From: Myxococcota bacterium | GTDB taxonomy: Bacteria; Myxococcota; XYA12-FULL-58-9; JABJBS01 | Reading direction: 5' to 3' | NCBI GenBank assembly: GCA_036339465.1 | Contig: JAYZAY010000089.1 | Span: 10,483 to 74,482, forward strand | DNA length: 64,000 bases | In this document: one piece after another, positions 11,101 through 20,174 of the stretch | Layout of the letters: the number at the start of each line of letters is the position of its first letter | Position numbering within the stretch: position 1 is the first letter of the stretch | Notes under the pieces: model-generated | The model's database searches: none | Told to the model about the DNA's origin: nothing | Seen by the model: only the letters and a program-made list of their open reading frames with translations | Made by a program: the position numbers and the translations under genes

Positions 11101-11211
11101 GAGAGCGGGGTAATTGAGCGCCGCAGCTTTTTGAACCAGTGCTTCCGGGGTTCCTGTGGATTGGAGAAAACTAAATCCTGTGCTGGCTCCGAGCTCGATA
11201 TAGGACGACAT
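8158..11211 (-). CDS. dnaE2: Error-prone DNA polymerase III alpha, DnaE2 family
   Basis: FSFL, QGRGSAANSAVCY, LLFERFLS.ER.EWPDIDLD, PRHLGQHSGG, QWDKEDC, KVDLLGLGML, RPGPIVG.MVHPYL, YGFPESHSASFA, RQRP.AKG..FITLEDE. Confidence 0.95.
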   Translation of the reverse strand: MSSYIELGASTGFSFLQSTGTPEALVQKAAALNYPALAITDYGGLYAIPRAAREAQKQGLKLIIGSIIHLQDLGWIRLIATSKTGYANLSRLITLGRFRGGKAKCLVLSQELREFSPGLIALMGPGLHCSSLNFQTLIDIFSRENLYLEINYHLERNEIEKVKQGLRYAQELSLQTVATNNVRHLLKNDKPLLDIVTCIKHHTTLDQAGTLLYPNRERYLKSPLEISKVFERLPNLLHTSYRISERIEFEFETLPYEFPKFNTPKDLESNQYLRTLVYEGAAIRYKKQTKKIKYQLDKELGIIQKLKLSGYFLIVWDIIRYAKSHNILVQGRGSAANSAVCYCLEITAIDPIGMDLLFERFLSEERGEWPDIDLDLPSGAKREAVIQYMYKKYGPHGIAMTANVITYRNKSAIREVGKCLGINTQQIDKATKICGQWSSLTSISELLESFSNSGLNLQDKRLKLWCNLAESLQNTPRHLGQHSGGMVLASGRLDTLCPIEPATMKNRFVVQWDKEDCADLGFIKVDLLGLGMLNALEKAIPLLEQTENIKLDYAHIPKNDPRVYRQLQKADTVGVFQLESRAQMSMLPRLKPKNFYDLVVEIALIRPGPIVGKMVHPYLKRRSAAEAIRYPHPKLEPILKRTLGIPIFQEQLLKIAMAIADFSGGEAEELRRAMGFKRSETRMSDIISKLKSGMTRNNIPVETQNELIQYIQSFALYGFPESHSASFALIAYASAYLKVYYPGVFLCALLNAWPLGFYSPATLVKDAQRHNVKVFPIDISKSSWECTMPQKNTVRLGLRFLNQLRRSTGQSILSARSEAPFKNLNDLCIRTTVNKTERLSLAESGALECFGHSRRNSLWQINRFHPSNHDLFSNLSKPLSNSPLKEMDTLENILADYQHVGLSIKSHPMALFRPHLSSSMVTSLKLAQCPNHSLIETAGIVTVRQRPSNAKGFFFITLEDEFGFINLVLEPNFFKKNRVLATQCAALKVLGNIQQAEGVTHIRCKSLTPIHLQERRK

Positions 11212-11217
11212 ATCCGA

Positions 11218-11237
11218 TACTGATCAAATGTTCAGTA
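11218..11237. promoter_or_regulatory. LexA (SOS) box immediately upstream of dnaE2
   Basis: Near-palindrome TACTGATCAAATGTTCAGTA (CTG-N10-CAG) 7 nt before the dnaE2 ATG. The coding strand CTGAACATTTGATCAGT fits the Myxococcus LexA consensus CTRHAMRYBYGTTCAGS at 15 of 17 positions. Confidence 0.8.
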
Positions 11238-11292
11238 TGATGCAACATAAAAAGCCCGTTGTTGGGAATAATTTGGATTAAAATCGTCTGTA

Positions 11293-14121
11293 TTACTGGA
11301 GAAGAGCCAGAACTTCAGAGGTTGTGATCCGTTTTCCTTGCGCACTACCTTCACTGGTGAGGATACTTTCGGCAATGGCTTCTTTACGCTTGGCCAGTTC
11401 AACCACGCGCTCTTCAATAGTCTCAGCACAAACGAGTTTATAGACGTTGACAGTTTGTGTTTGTCCCAAGCGGTGTGCCCGGTCTGTGGCTTGTCGTTCT
11501 ACCGCAGGGTTCCACCATGGGTCATAGTGAATGACGGTATCCGCTCGAGTAAGGGTGAGACCAACCCCGCCCGCTCGAAGAGAAACAACGATGATCGGAG
11601 GTCCTTCAGGATCTTGAAATTTGGCAACGACCTTATCTCTGTCCCGCGTACCACCATGGAGCCAAAGTGGATCCACACCCAAATCCTTGATGACTTCAAT
11701 CAAGAGCTTTTGCATTTCGACAAACTGACTGAAAATAATGATCGAGCGTCCGGAAGCCAATGCTTCTCTTACCAGTTCTCGGAAAAGTTCAAGCTTGGCC
11801 GAGTAGATGCCTTCTGGCATGACTTCCCCAGAGACCAAACGAGGATCGCAGCATAGTTGTCGAAGTTTTGTAAGAGCGGCAAGAATGTCTAAGTGCGCTC
11901 TTTCCACACCAATGTCGGTGATTTTTTCTTCCACTTCCCGTTTGAGTCGCGCGATGAGCTGTTGGTAAACTATCTTTTGTTCTTCCCCAAGGTCACACCG
12001 TAATACACTTTCCACTTTTGCTGGAAGTTCTTTGGCGACTTCTGTTTTCAACCGGCGTAGAATGAGTGGGCTCACACGAGCACTCAACATATCGAGTGCA
12101 TGTTGTTCACCACGACCGATGGGGCGAGCGTATTTCTTCCTGAATTGTCTTAGACTTCCGAGGAAACCGGGGGCGAGGAAATCAAATGTCGCCCACAATT
12201 CCTCTGGACGGTTTTCAATGGGGGTTCCGGTCAGGGCCAATCGTCTTTCACTGGTGAGCTCACGAATTGCGGTAGCATTCTGGCTAGCAGCGTTTTTCGC
12301 ACTTTGTGCTTCATCGAGGATGATGTACCTAAATGACATCTCTGCGAGCATTTCGACATCTCTTCTGAGAACACCATAACTGGTAACAATGATATCAGCT
12401 TGAGAAATATCGTGGGAATGGCGTACTTTGGGAGGACCGTGCCACAGGACCAGCTGTAGACTTGGGGCAAATCGCTCGAGTTCGTCTCGCCAAACAGTGA
12501 CGACTGACGTGGGAGCCACGACCAGGGATGACTTTGAGCCTTCTTCTTCCTGTGCTTTCAGTAGGAGGGCGATGGCCTGGATGGTTTTTCCGAGACCCAT
12601 GTCGTCGGCCAAAATACCCGTTAACCGGTGACGATGGAGCATGGCCAGCCAATCGAGTCCACGTGCTTGGTATTCCCGCAGTGTTCCTTGTAGTCCAGCG
12701 GGTGGTACAATTTCTCGAGGACTGCAGTTAAGTGCTAGCTCGTCTAACCAGGCTTTGGTTGAATCATCGGCTGCCCTAAGGGCATCGGAGTCATCCATAA
12801 GCTTAAGGAGTCCGATGCACAGTGGACTTACGAGAATTCGATTACTATCGGCACCGAGATCTTCTAGGATTTGTAATGCGCGCCGGAATTTTTCCGAGGG
12901 TGCCACGAAAGTACCATCTTTGAGTTTGAGGTACTTTTGCCCGGATTGTAGCCACTTGAGTAATTCCGTAATGGAGATCAGCTCAGTGATCACAATTTCT
13001 TCGTTATTTTCCGGGGACCAATCTTTGGGTTGTGCCAATACGTTAATTTTGAGGTCCAGTAGTCCCGACTCTTGAATGAGTTTGATCTCGGTATCGATTC
13101 TAAGATCTTGGTGAAAGCTGGGCATATCGTCTGAACGGATGATTTCCCAGTCACTTGGGAAGATGATAGCATCTGGATCCAAAGATTTTAGGGCCAGTTC
13201 CTGTTTACCGACGAAGACATCATTGTCTCGGCTGTATTTGAAACCGAGCATTCGAATATGTCGTCGAGCATCGTCTTCAGCGGCTAGGTCTCTTTCGAAG
13301 AGTCCTTCTACGGATCCTGAAGCTTCGATATAAGCTGAGCCGTGATTACCGGAATTAATACAAACCTTTTTACCGGCATAGGAAGCATCCAAAACCAGAT
13401 GGACAAGATGTTCTTCTGTTTCAAAATCAGGTTTGCCGATAGTGACAATAAACCGATCGGGAGCGCCTCGCTGGACTGAAAGTAAGTCTAGATCTTCTTC
13501 CGGAACGCCTGCGGCTAGAAGGTCTCGGGTGAGTTGGTCGCGCCTAGAGGGGGTGAGCTCTTTACTAAGTTTAATGCGTGGTGTTTGCTCCCAGAGATTT
13601 AAGTGCCATGGTTCTGGCGATTGGATCTTCAGGGTTTTATTATTGGCAATGAAGTAAGCCTGACTGCCCGAGATGACCCGCCCACCTTCAGGGGATAACC
13701 AATTGCCCTGATCATCGATGAACATGAGACAAAGTTCCAATTGACCCGATCCTACGGATGCACTTTTGGCTCTTGGTTGTAATTGGACTTCGCTCATTCG
13801 AAGTTTCTCGCCTTGGAAGTAGGTACGTCTCCGAGTCAAAAGTGGGATGAGTCGGGCGACTTGAACGTCTGAAAGCATACCAAAAGCTTGGCCTGCTCTG
13901 AGTTCTTTGGCTATTTCGTCGTCGAGAGGGTGAAGGTTTGGTAGAATTTCTTTGAACTCATTCTCATCAAGTGCTGTTGTTGAGCGATCCCGCTTTGCGA
14001 GGATATGAAAGCCCTGATTTCTACCGGAATTCTCTAGATCATAGACCAGACGAACTGCAGTTTCCCCTGCTGAGCGCGACCCCCCGAACGCATTTTTCGT
14101 ACTTCGTGCGTATGCCATCAA
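11293..14121 (-). CDS. SNF2/RAD54-family helicase-like ATPase
   Basis: LREYQ, LADDMGLGKT, DEAQ, LTGTPIEN, LRRLK, FSQF, SLRAGGVGLTLT, DPWWNPAVERQATDRAHRLGQ. Confidence 0.95.
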   Translation of the reverse strand: MMAYARSTKNAFGGSRSAGETAVRLVYDLENSGRNQGFHILAKRDRSTTALDENEFKEILPNLHPLDDEIAKELRAGQAFGMLSDVQVARLIPLLTRRRTYFQGEKLRMSEVQLQPRAKSASVGSGQLELCLMFIDDQGNWLSPEGGRVISGSQAYFIANNKTLKIQSPEPWHLNLWEQTPRIKLSKELTPSRRDQLTRDLLAAGVPEEDLDLLSVQRGAPDRFIVTIGKPDFETEEHLVHLVLDASYAGKKVCINSGNHGSAYIEASGSVEGLFERDLAAEDDARRHIRMLGFKYSRDNDVFVGKQELALKSLDPDAIIFPSDWEIIRSDDMPSFHQDLRIDTEIKLIQESGLLDLKINVLAQPKDWSPENNEEIVITELISITELLKWLQSGQKYLKLKDGTFVAPSEKFRRALQILEDLGADSNRILVSPLCIGLLKLMDDSDALRAADDSTKAWLDELALNCSPREIVPPAGLQGTLREYQARGLDWLAMLHRHRLTGILADDMGLGKTIQAIALLLKAQEEEGSKSSLVVAPTSVVTVWRDELERFAPSLQLVLWHGPPKVRHSHDISQADIIVTSYGVLRRDVEMLAEMSFRYIILDEAQSAKNAASQNATAIRELTSERRLALTGTPIENRPEELWATFDFLAPGFLGSLRQFRKKYARPIGRGEQHALDMLSARVSPLILRRLKTEVAKELPAKVESVLRCDLGEEQKIVYQQLIARLKREVEEKITDIGVERAHLDILAALTKLRQLCCDPRLVSGEVMPEGIYSAKLELFRELVREALASGRSIIIFSQFVEMQKLLIEVIKDLGVDPLWLHGGTRDRDKVVAKFQDPEGPPIIVVSLRAGGVGLTLTRADTVIHYDPWWNPAVERQATDRAHRLGQTQTVNVYKLVCAETIEERVVELAKRKEAIAESILTSEGSAQGKRITTSEVLALLQ

Positions 14122-14124
14122 AAC

Positions 14125-14892
14125 CTACTTTGGTTGATTGTGGGGCGATGAATTTATGCCGCTCTGCGTTATCATGCTTTGCTTCAAGACCAGGCCCTTA
14201 CAATTATTCTTTGCAAAGGACAACACGAAAGTAGAACTTTGATCTCCAAAGGCTGAAATTAGGGCAAACATTTCGCAAATCACTGGGGGGCCCTCGATGC
14301 TTTCACACAAGTTGTGGATGAGACTTTCATCGAACCCCAATGCCCTACTTATTTTTTCAGCAGATTTCACCCACTTTCTTTCCGTAACCCAAAGTATAGG
14401 GGTAGGCGCCATGTCCATTCGTAATGATAATAGAGAGGCTGATAACTCAGGGGCTGGGATGAATGGACGATTGGGCAACGTTAGCTCTGAGTATACTTCG
14501 AGTGTCCAGGGTGTGCCGGCGGCGGGCGGCGATGTATCCTTCGGGGGGCCGACACTTAAAATCGCGATCCTAAGTCGATTTGGAAAATACTTCGGTCGAG
14601 TGATGATGCAGAGGTTAAGGGACCCCGTAAAGATTTGTTTGTAGAAAATCCGTTCAATTGTGTCTGTGTCTGATAATTGAATGGTCTGAGTTTGGTCGAA
14701 GACGCCGAAGATGCGTTCACCTGCGATATTTAGGCCAAGAGGTGCCACGGTTATATCGATGACTGGTATTTTTTGGCCTCTAGAGTTGAAGGCTTGCTTT
14801 AGGGGTTCGGCGAGATCGGCGTAAGTGGGCGTGCCAGGGATCTCTAGTTCGGTGATCCAGTGCCAATTGAGATGAAAAGAGAATTCGTTCAT
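14125..14892 (-). CDS. Hypothetical protein
   Basis: 255-aa ORF co-oriented with, and 3 nt from, the SNF2 gene; no recognisable motif. Confidence 0.65.
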   Translation of the reverse strand: MNEFSFHLNWHWITELEIPGTPTYADLAEPLKQAFNSRGQKIPVIDITVAPLGLNIAGERIFGVFDQTQTIQLSDTDTIERIFYKQIFTGSLNLCIITRPKYFPNRLRIAILSVGPPKDTSPPAAGTPWTLEVYSELTLPNRPFIPAPELSASLLSLRMDMAPTPILWVTERKWVKSAEKISRALGFDESLIHNLCESIEGPPVICEMFALISAFGDQSSTFVLSFAKNNCKGLVLKQSMITQSGINSSPHNQPK

Positions 14893-14934
14893 GGAAGCCT
14901 ATTGGCTGATGGGTGCTTTGAACTTAGGTCTTTT

Positions 14935-15810
14935 TTATTCCGACGGTTCAGCAAGAGGGTCGGCACCCGCTGACTTCGCTTTTTCCCGAGCTTCTTGCGC
15001 TGCTTGGGCTTCGACTTGAGCTAGAGCTTCTGTTTTCATGGCTTCGATTCGTTTTTTGGCTTCCTCTACGCGACTGAAAATTTTGGTGACCAGATTACCC
15101 TGCAGCTCTACTTGGAGGTCGCCATAGTCTGCCGTCCAAGTGACATTGGTGGCTTCACGACGGTTTTTTGGGGGACCCACGGATACGAGCATCTCGGCTC
15201 TACTCATTCCCTGCAGGACCTGTCGACTCGAGATGGCTTGCTGAAGCTCTGGGGAGCGGTGATTGAGCCAGGTTAGAACCCAGCGTGAAGGTTTGAGACT
15301 TTCGCGTGCCGCTCGGGTGATGGTTTGTAGGGCTTTGTTCGCTGAAGGGAGTAATAAGTAGAGGTCTGTTGGTTGCTTCAACACGGCGGTTCTATCGCCG
15401 AGTTCTACGTGCAGCCAAATGTGCCCGCTGGGAGACTGATCCTCGGTGGATGCGGGTAGCATGAATTGGTACCAAGGTTGTTGAGGGTAGACAATCTTTT
15501 TGACCGTGATGGGAGATCCCGCGGGAATCACTTGTGGTGGAAGTGCTTTTGGCGTGACAGCGACCCCTGTTGTGTTTCGAAAATCTGCTATCTCTGAGCT
15601 TCGCGCATCGAGGAATAGTTTACCGGGAGCCGACTCAAATCTGATGCCAATATGGGTGGTGCCAAGTACAAATGCTTTCCCCACGAATTGCTCTTCGAGC
15701 TGGTTTTGGTGGCTTGGGGTGACATGGAGTGGTTCGTGCTTGGTGTCTAGGTGTTGGCAGGCCGAATTTGTTAGGATTAGCAGGCCGATAGATGGAATTA
15801 AGTATTTCAT
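14935..15810 (-). CDS. Putative lipoprotein
   Basis: Signal peptide with lipobox-like NSAC; SD GGGAG; C-terminal GMSRAEMLVSVGPP (BamE/SmpA-like) and an Ala/Glu-rich tail. Confidence 0.7.
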   Translation of the reverse strand: MKYLIPSIGLLILTNSACQHLDTKHEPLHVTPSHQNQLEEQFVGKAFVLGTTHIGIRFESAPGKLFLDARSSEIADFRNTTGVAVTPKALPPQVIPAGSPITVKKIVYPQQPWYQFMLPASTEDQSPSGHIWLHVELGDRTAVLKQPTDLYLLLPSANKALQTITRAARESLKPSRWVLTWLNHRSPELQQAISSRQVLQGMSRAEMLVSVGPPKNRREATNVTWTADYGDLQVELQGNLVTKIFSRVEEAKKRIEAMKTEALAQVEAQAAQEAREKAKSAGADPLAEPSE

Positions 15811-15911
15811 AGTCGCTCCCTAATTAAATGATGAAACCCCATCGAGCGCCGTAGGATGATTCGGGATTTATTACAATTGTTTCATGTGGAAAATAGCTCA
15901 TTGGGGATCGC

Positions 15912-16976
15912 CTACAGGATGGAAGTGGAGAGTCCGAGTTCTTTTTGCCATTGCTCCATGAGTTGTGAAATTTTGGTGGTTGAAATGCCGTGGTGCGTGA
16001 CGAGTCGACAGAGGTGTTTCTCGCGGTCCCAAACATAGAAGTGGGCGTATTTTCGCATTTTTTTCACTCGGTTTGGGGGCACCGCAACGAAAACCATGTT
16101 GCTTTCCACTGGAAATGCAGGGGCTTCAAATCCAAGTTGGAGTAATCCTATCTGGACACTTTGGGCTGAGGAAAGGGCCTGTTTTCCCAGTTCTCGCCAC
16201 AGGTTTGTACCAAAAAGTGTGAGGAATTGAGCCGCGACGTATCTTGATTTGGAACAAAGCTGCAGAAGTTGTTTACGTTGAAAGTGCAGGCTTTGTTTAA
16301 GAGGGGGGAAGCAAATTGATGCGTCCGCATTTAGGAGTCCGAGTTTTGTCCCTCCCAATGACAAGGCCCGACAATTGGAGGCTTGCGTTATGTCGGAGAA
16401 TGAACAACCGAGCCCGATGACCGCGAGAGGAAGGCGGGCGCCGTCAATATGAATGAGGCAATCTTTGGTCTGGGCAAAGTCAGCGAGGGTCCGAAGTTCT
16501 CCCAGTGTGTAGAGGGTTCCCACTTCCGTGGGTTGAGCAAAGGAGAGCACTTTGATTTGGGGAGTGTGGAGATCCCCCTTGCGTGCGAAGAATGGTTCAA
16601 GTTTTTTTGGCGTGAGTTTTCCACCGTGCGTTGGGGCAGGAATGAGGCGTGAGCCTAGAACTCTTTCTACTGTTGCGGCGGAGTCGTTGTATAAGTGCGA
16701 AGTTTCGGCACAAATAATTGCTTCCCCGGGGGCCGTGATGGTGGAGAGCCCGAGGATATTCGCCCCTGTTCCAGAACTGGTAAATGACAATTCTGCATCA
16801 GACCGTTTGAAGATGTGACGAAAAAGTTGGTGAACATCCCTGGACCAGGGATCTTGTTCGAATCCCGGATGGTCACCCACATTGACCTCAGTGAGTGCGT
16901 TTAAGATGGGTGTTGGGATGGGTGCTTGAGCATCGGATGCGAGACTCAAATGGGCTGGGTGAGCGGCAATGACCAT
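15912..16976 (-). CDS. Low-specificity L-threonine aldolase family (PLP-dependent)
   Basis: LASD, SGTGAN, QPTEVGTLY, HIDGAR, GGTK (PLP lysine), SKSRY, ESNMVF. Confidence 0.85.
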   Translation of the reverse strand: MVIAAHPAHLSLASDAQAPIPTPILNALTEVNVGDHPGFEQDPWSRDVHQLFRHIFKRSDAELSFTSSGTGANILGLSTITAPGEAIICAETSHLYNDSAATVERVLGSRLIPAPTHGGKLTPKKLEPFFARKGDLHTPQIKVLSFAQPTEVGTLYTLGELRTLADFAQTKDCLIHIDGARLPLAVIGLGCSFSDITQASNCRALSLGGTKLGLLNADASICFPPLKQSLHFQRKQLLQLCSKSRYVAAQFLTLFGTNLWRELGKQALSSAQSVQIGLLQLGFEAPAFPVESNMVFVAVPPNRVKKMRKYAHFYVWDREKHLCRLVTHHGISTTKISQLMEQWQKELGLSTSIL

Positions 16977-17086
16977 GGTTTTGAGATATATGGGGGGCCC
17001 CTCTAGTTAAATGGCACCGACTGCAATTTGTGCGATTTCTTATCCGATTGGATTGATCATTGATCGGGTTTCATAGAAAGACCTAG

Positions 17087-18718
17087 TTGAAAGGGGAAGC
17101 GGTGACCGAAGTAACTGAAGTAAAGCTTAAAGCGCTTGAGAATTTGATCGACGAATTGATGATGGGGCGAGACGATATGGAAGTCCTGCGGGGTAAGGAT
17201 TCTGCTTTAGAATCACGCCTTGACTGGGTGCTGTCGGGATTAAATCTTTTGGTAGAAGTCAATGTTTTGCGGCAATTACCTACCACGCGATTTCAAGAGC
17301 TTCTTACTGCGGCCGTGTCTACGGAGTGGTACGACAATATCATCAACAATATTCCTGAGTCTATCCTTGTGTTGGGACGAAGTGGTAGAGTGCAAACTGC
17401 GAATCGTGCGCTGAGTAAGCTACTAGATTATGAAGTGGAAGATTTGGTGGGGTATCCAGTCCAAGGGATTTTGGGTGATGGCCACGTTGATATTGGTCTC
17501 CTGCTAAGGGAGTCTACTCAAAAGGGCTATGACCAGATTAGGACCCATTACCGAGACCAGTCTGGGCACCTTATTCCCGTAGAGTTCTCCAGTAACCCTA
17601 TATTGGATGATGGTGGAAATTTACGTGCGGTTGTGTGCGTTGCCCGTGATTTACGAGCTCGAATGAAAACAGAGCAGGCATTGAGGGAAAGTGAGCGTCG
17701 TTATGAATTTGCCATGCGTGCTGCCAATGATGGTTTATGGGAATGGAACAAAGCTCAAGGTCGTTGTTACTTTTCTCCGCGGTTTTTGGAACTCTTGGCG
17801 TATATTGATACCGATGCCATTGTGCATCGAGATTTGGTGGGAGATTTGGTTCATCCTGATGACCAGAGCTTAGTCCAAGAGACTCTGGCTCGATTAGAGA
17901 CTGGTGGTATTCCCTTTGAAGTAGAGTGTCGCTTAAAATCCTGTGGTGGGGATTTTAGGTTTTTTAGTTTACGGGGGATCCATGTTGTGGATAAGAGTGG
18001 GGCTTTGGAGAGGGTGGTAGGCTCGGCTCGGGATATTACGGAACGCCGGCAAACCGATGATTTACGGAATCGTTTTATTGAAAAAGTTATTTCTGCCGAG
18101 GATGCAGAGCGGCGACGAATCGCCCGTGAGCTACATGATGAGACCAGCCAGTCGTTAACCTCTGTTTTGGTAGGGTTAAAGGCCGTGGAGAAATCCATTC
18201 CTTCCAATGAAATTCGTGAACAGGTGGCCCATTTGCGCGCCCTGACTGCTCGGACCATTGAAGAGGTCGGGCGTCTAGCACGCGGACTCCATCCCAGCAT
18301 TCTAGATGATCTAGGTTTTTCGGCGGCGATTCATCATTATGCAACGGTGTACTCGAAGGCCCACCCTATTACTGTGGATGTCCACATTCGGGGTATGGAG
18401 GAAGGCAATCGTCTGCCTTTGGTGGTGGAAACAACGCTTTATCGGATTTTACAAGAGGCGCTTACCAATGTGGTAAAACATGCGCGTGCAACCATGACCA
18501 GTATTGTTGTTGATCGACGTGAAGATGAGGTGCTGGCCATTATTGAGGATGATGGCTGTGGTATCGTTAAGGACAGTGAAAGCCAAGGTGTCGACTTGTC
18601 TGGAGGATTGGGACTCCACGGAATGCGAGAACGAGCCGCTTTGTTGAAGGGAACTGTGACGGTGGAGTCCACTCCCGAAGTGGGTACGACCCTCTATGTG
18701 CACAGTCCACTTTCCTAG
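17087..18718 (+). CDS. Cytoplasmic PAS-PAS sensor histidine kinase (HisKA_3, NarX/UhpB type)
   Basis: Two PAS/PAC domains (ARDL, VHPDD, ARDITERR); ERRRIARELHDE; QEALTNVVKHA; DDGCG; GLGLHGMRERA. Confidence 0.92.
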   Translation: MKGEAVTEVTEVKLKALENLIDELMMGRDDMEVLRGKDSALESRLDWVLSGLNLLVEVNVLRQLPTTRFQELLTAAVSTEWYDNIINNIPESILVLGRSGRVQTANRALSKLLDYEVEDLVGYPVQGILGDGHVDIGLLLRESTQKGYDQIRTHYRDQSGHLIPVEFSSNPILDDGGNLRAVVCVARDLRARMKTEQALRESERRYEFAMRAANDGLWEWNKAQGRCYFSPRFLELLAYIDTDAIVHRDLVGDLVHPDDQSLVQETLARLETGGIPFEVECRLKSCGGDFRFFSLRGIHVVDKSGALERVVGSARDITERRQTDDLRNRFIEKVISAEDAERRRIARELHDETSQSLTSVLVGLKAVEKSIPSNEIREQVAHLRALTARTIEEVGRLARGLHPSILDDLGFSAAIHHYATVYSKAHPITVDVHIRGMEEGNRLPLVVETTLYRILQEALTNVVKHARATMTSIVVDRREDEVLAIIEDDGCGIVKDSESQGVDLSGGLGLHGMRERAALLKGTVTVESTPEVGTTLYVHSPLS

Positions 18719-18749
18719 CTTCCTTGTGTGGGGTTTTCACAGATGAGCA

Positions 18750-20117
18750 TTATCGCATTAATACAAATTCTTCGGCTGAGGTTGGGTGGAGGGCGACGGT
18801 TAGGTCAAATTGCTCCTTGGTGAGTTGGGCGTTCACTGCGACTGCAAATCCCTGAATCAATTCAGGGGCATCAGGGCCGACCATATGGCAGCCCAGAACC
18901 ACGCCGGTTTCTCGGTGGGTAACCATTTTCATGAATGTACGTTTTTTTTGTGAGGGGGGGGCAAAACTATATTTGAGTCCTCCAAATTCCGAAGTGTAAA
19001 CCGCTATTTTCGAAGGGTAGGTTTTTTCGGCTTCTTGCTCAGAAAGCCCCACGGAACCGACTGGGGGCTGTGAGAAAATGTCGGTTGGTATATGGGGGCC
19101 TTTGAATTGAGTGGGTGGGGTACCGAAGAGAGATTCTGCTACGAATCTGCCGGCTCTTATTGCGACAGGCGTTAATGTCGCTTGTAACGTAACATCGCCT
19201 ACGGCGAATATCGTTGGAATGGATGTCTGGAAGTGGTTGTTGACGATAATTTCGCCCTGTTGACACAAAGCAATTGTTTCATTTTGAAAGCTCAGGGAGG
19301 ACGTGTTTGGAGTTCGGCCAATTGCGAATAGAATCGCTGTTTTCGTGGTTAGTTTTCGACCAGATAGTTCGGACGTATCGTAGGTTATTTTCGTATCCGA
19401 GGCCGTTTTCTCTATGTTTGTTATTGAGGCGGATTTAATCAGGCAGATACCCGTTTTTACGAGTTCGTTTTCTAGGAATGCAGCGATCTGCCGGTCGAAT
19501 CCACGTAGGATCGTTCGACGAATCATAAGTGTGGTGTGGCACCCCAGTGCGTTTAGAATCGATGCGAGTTCAATCGCGATATATCCGCCTCCCACCACGA
19601 CTGCCTCAGATGGCAGGGCCGGGATTTTCCAGAAATCATCGCTACTGATTGCATGTTGGGCGCCTTCTATTTGAGGAAAAATGGGCGCAGTGCCCGGAGC
19701 CAAGAGTATGTGCTTTCCTGTGAGTGTCCTGTTGTCTAGTTGAACGCGGTGTGGGGTGGTGATTTGAGCATGGCCTCTTAATAATTCGATACCCAGTTTT
19801 TTTAGTGTATTGGTATGAAGTGTCTCTAGCCGGGCAACTTCGGTGTTCCTATTTTCAACGAGGGTTGGCCAGTCGAAGCAGGGAGATGAATAGGTCCATC
19901 CGAAACTTTTAGACAGTTCGATGTCTTTTCCGAGTTGAGCAGCATAATACATTAGCTTTTTTGGGATGCAGCCCCGGATTACGCAAGTGCCTCCCACTCT
20001 ACTTTTTTCGATGATGGCTACTTTTGCGCCCAACTGAGCGGCGCGTTTAGCGCCAGCGAGACCGCCACTTCCAGCTCCCACGACGAGTAGGTCGAAATTT
20101 TCTGAAGGGTTTTGCAT
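18750..20117 (-). CDS. gor: Glutathione-disulfide reductase
   Basis: GAGSGG, GGTCVIRGCIPKK, GGGYIA, AVGDVT, LTPVAI, HPTSAEEF. Confidence 0.93.
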   Translation of the reverse strand: MQNPSENFDLLVVGAGSGGLAGAKRAAQLGAKVAIIEKSRVGGTCVIRGCIPKKLMYYAAQLGKDIELSKSFGWTYSSPCFDWPTLVENRNTEVARLETLHTNTLKKLGIELLRGHAQITTPHRVQLDNRTLTGKHILLAPGTAPIFPQIEGAQHAISSDDFWKIPALPSEAVVVGGGYIAIELASILNALGCHTTLMIRRTILRGFDRQIAAFLENELVKTGICLIKSASITNIEKTASDTKITYDTSELSGRKLTTKTAILFAIGRTPNTSSLSFQNETIALCQQGEIIVNNHFQTSIPTIFAVGDVTLQATLTPVAIRAGRFVAESLFGTPPTQFKGPHIPTDIFSQPPVGSVGLSEQEAEKTYPSKIAVYTSEFGGLKYSFAPPSQKKRTFMKMVTHRETGVVLGCHMVGPDAPELIQGFAVAVNAQLTKEQFDLTVALHPTSAEEFVLMR

Positions 20118-20174
20118 GCTCTTTGCCTCGCCAAAACTTGGACTTGTTTAACGACTCGTGCCTATAGTGCATTC

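Noticed and set aside
11293..15810. SNF2 helicase plus hypothetical genes as an anti-phage defence system
   Set aside because: There are no nuclease, methylase or other defence-associated partners and no island signatures; it resembles a housekeeping bacterial SNF2.
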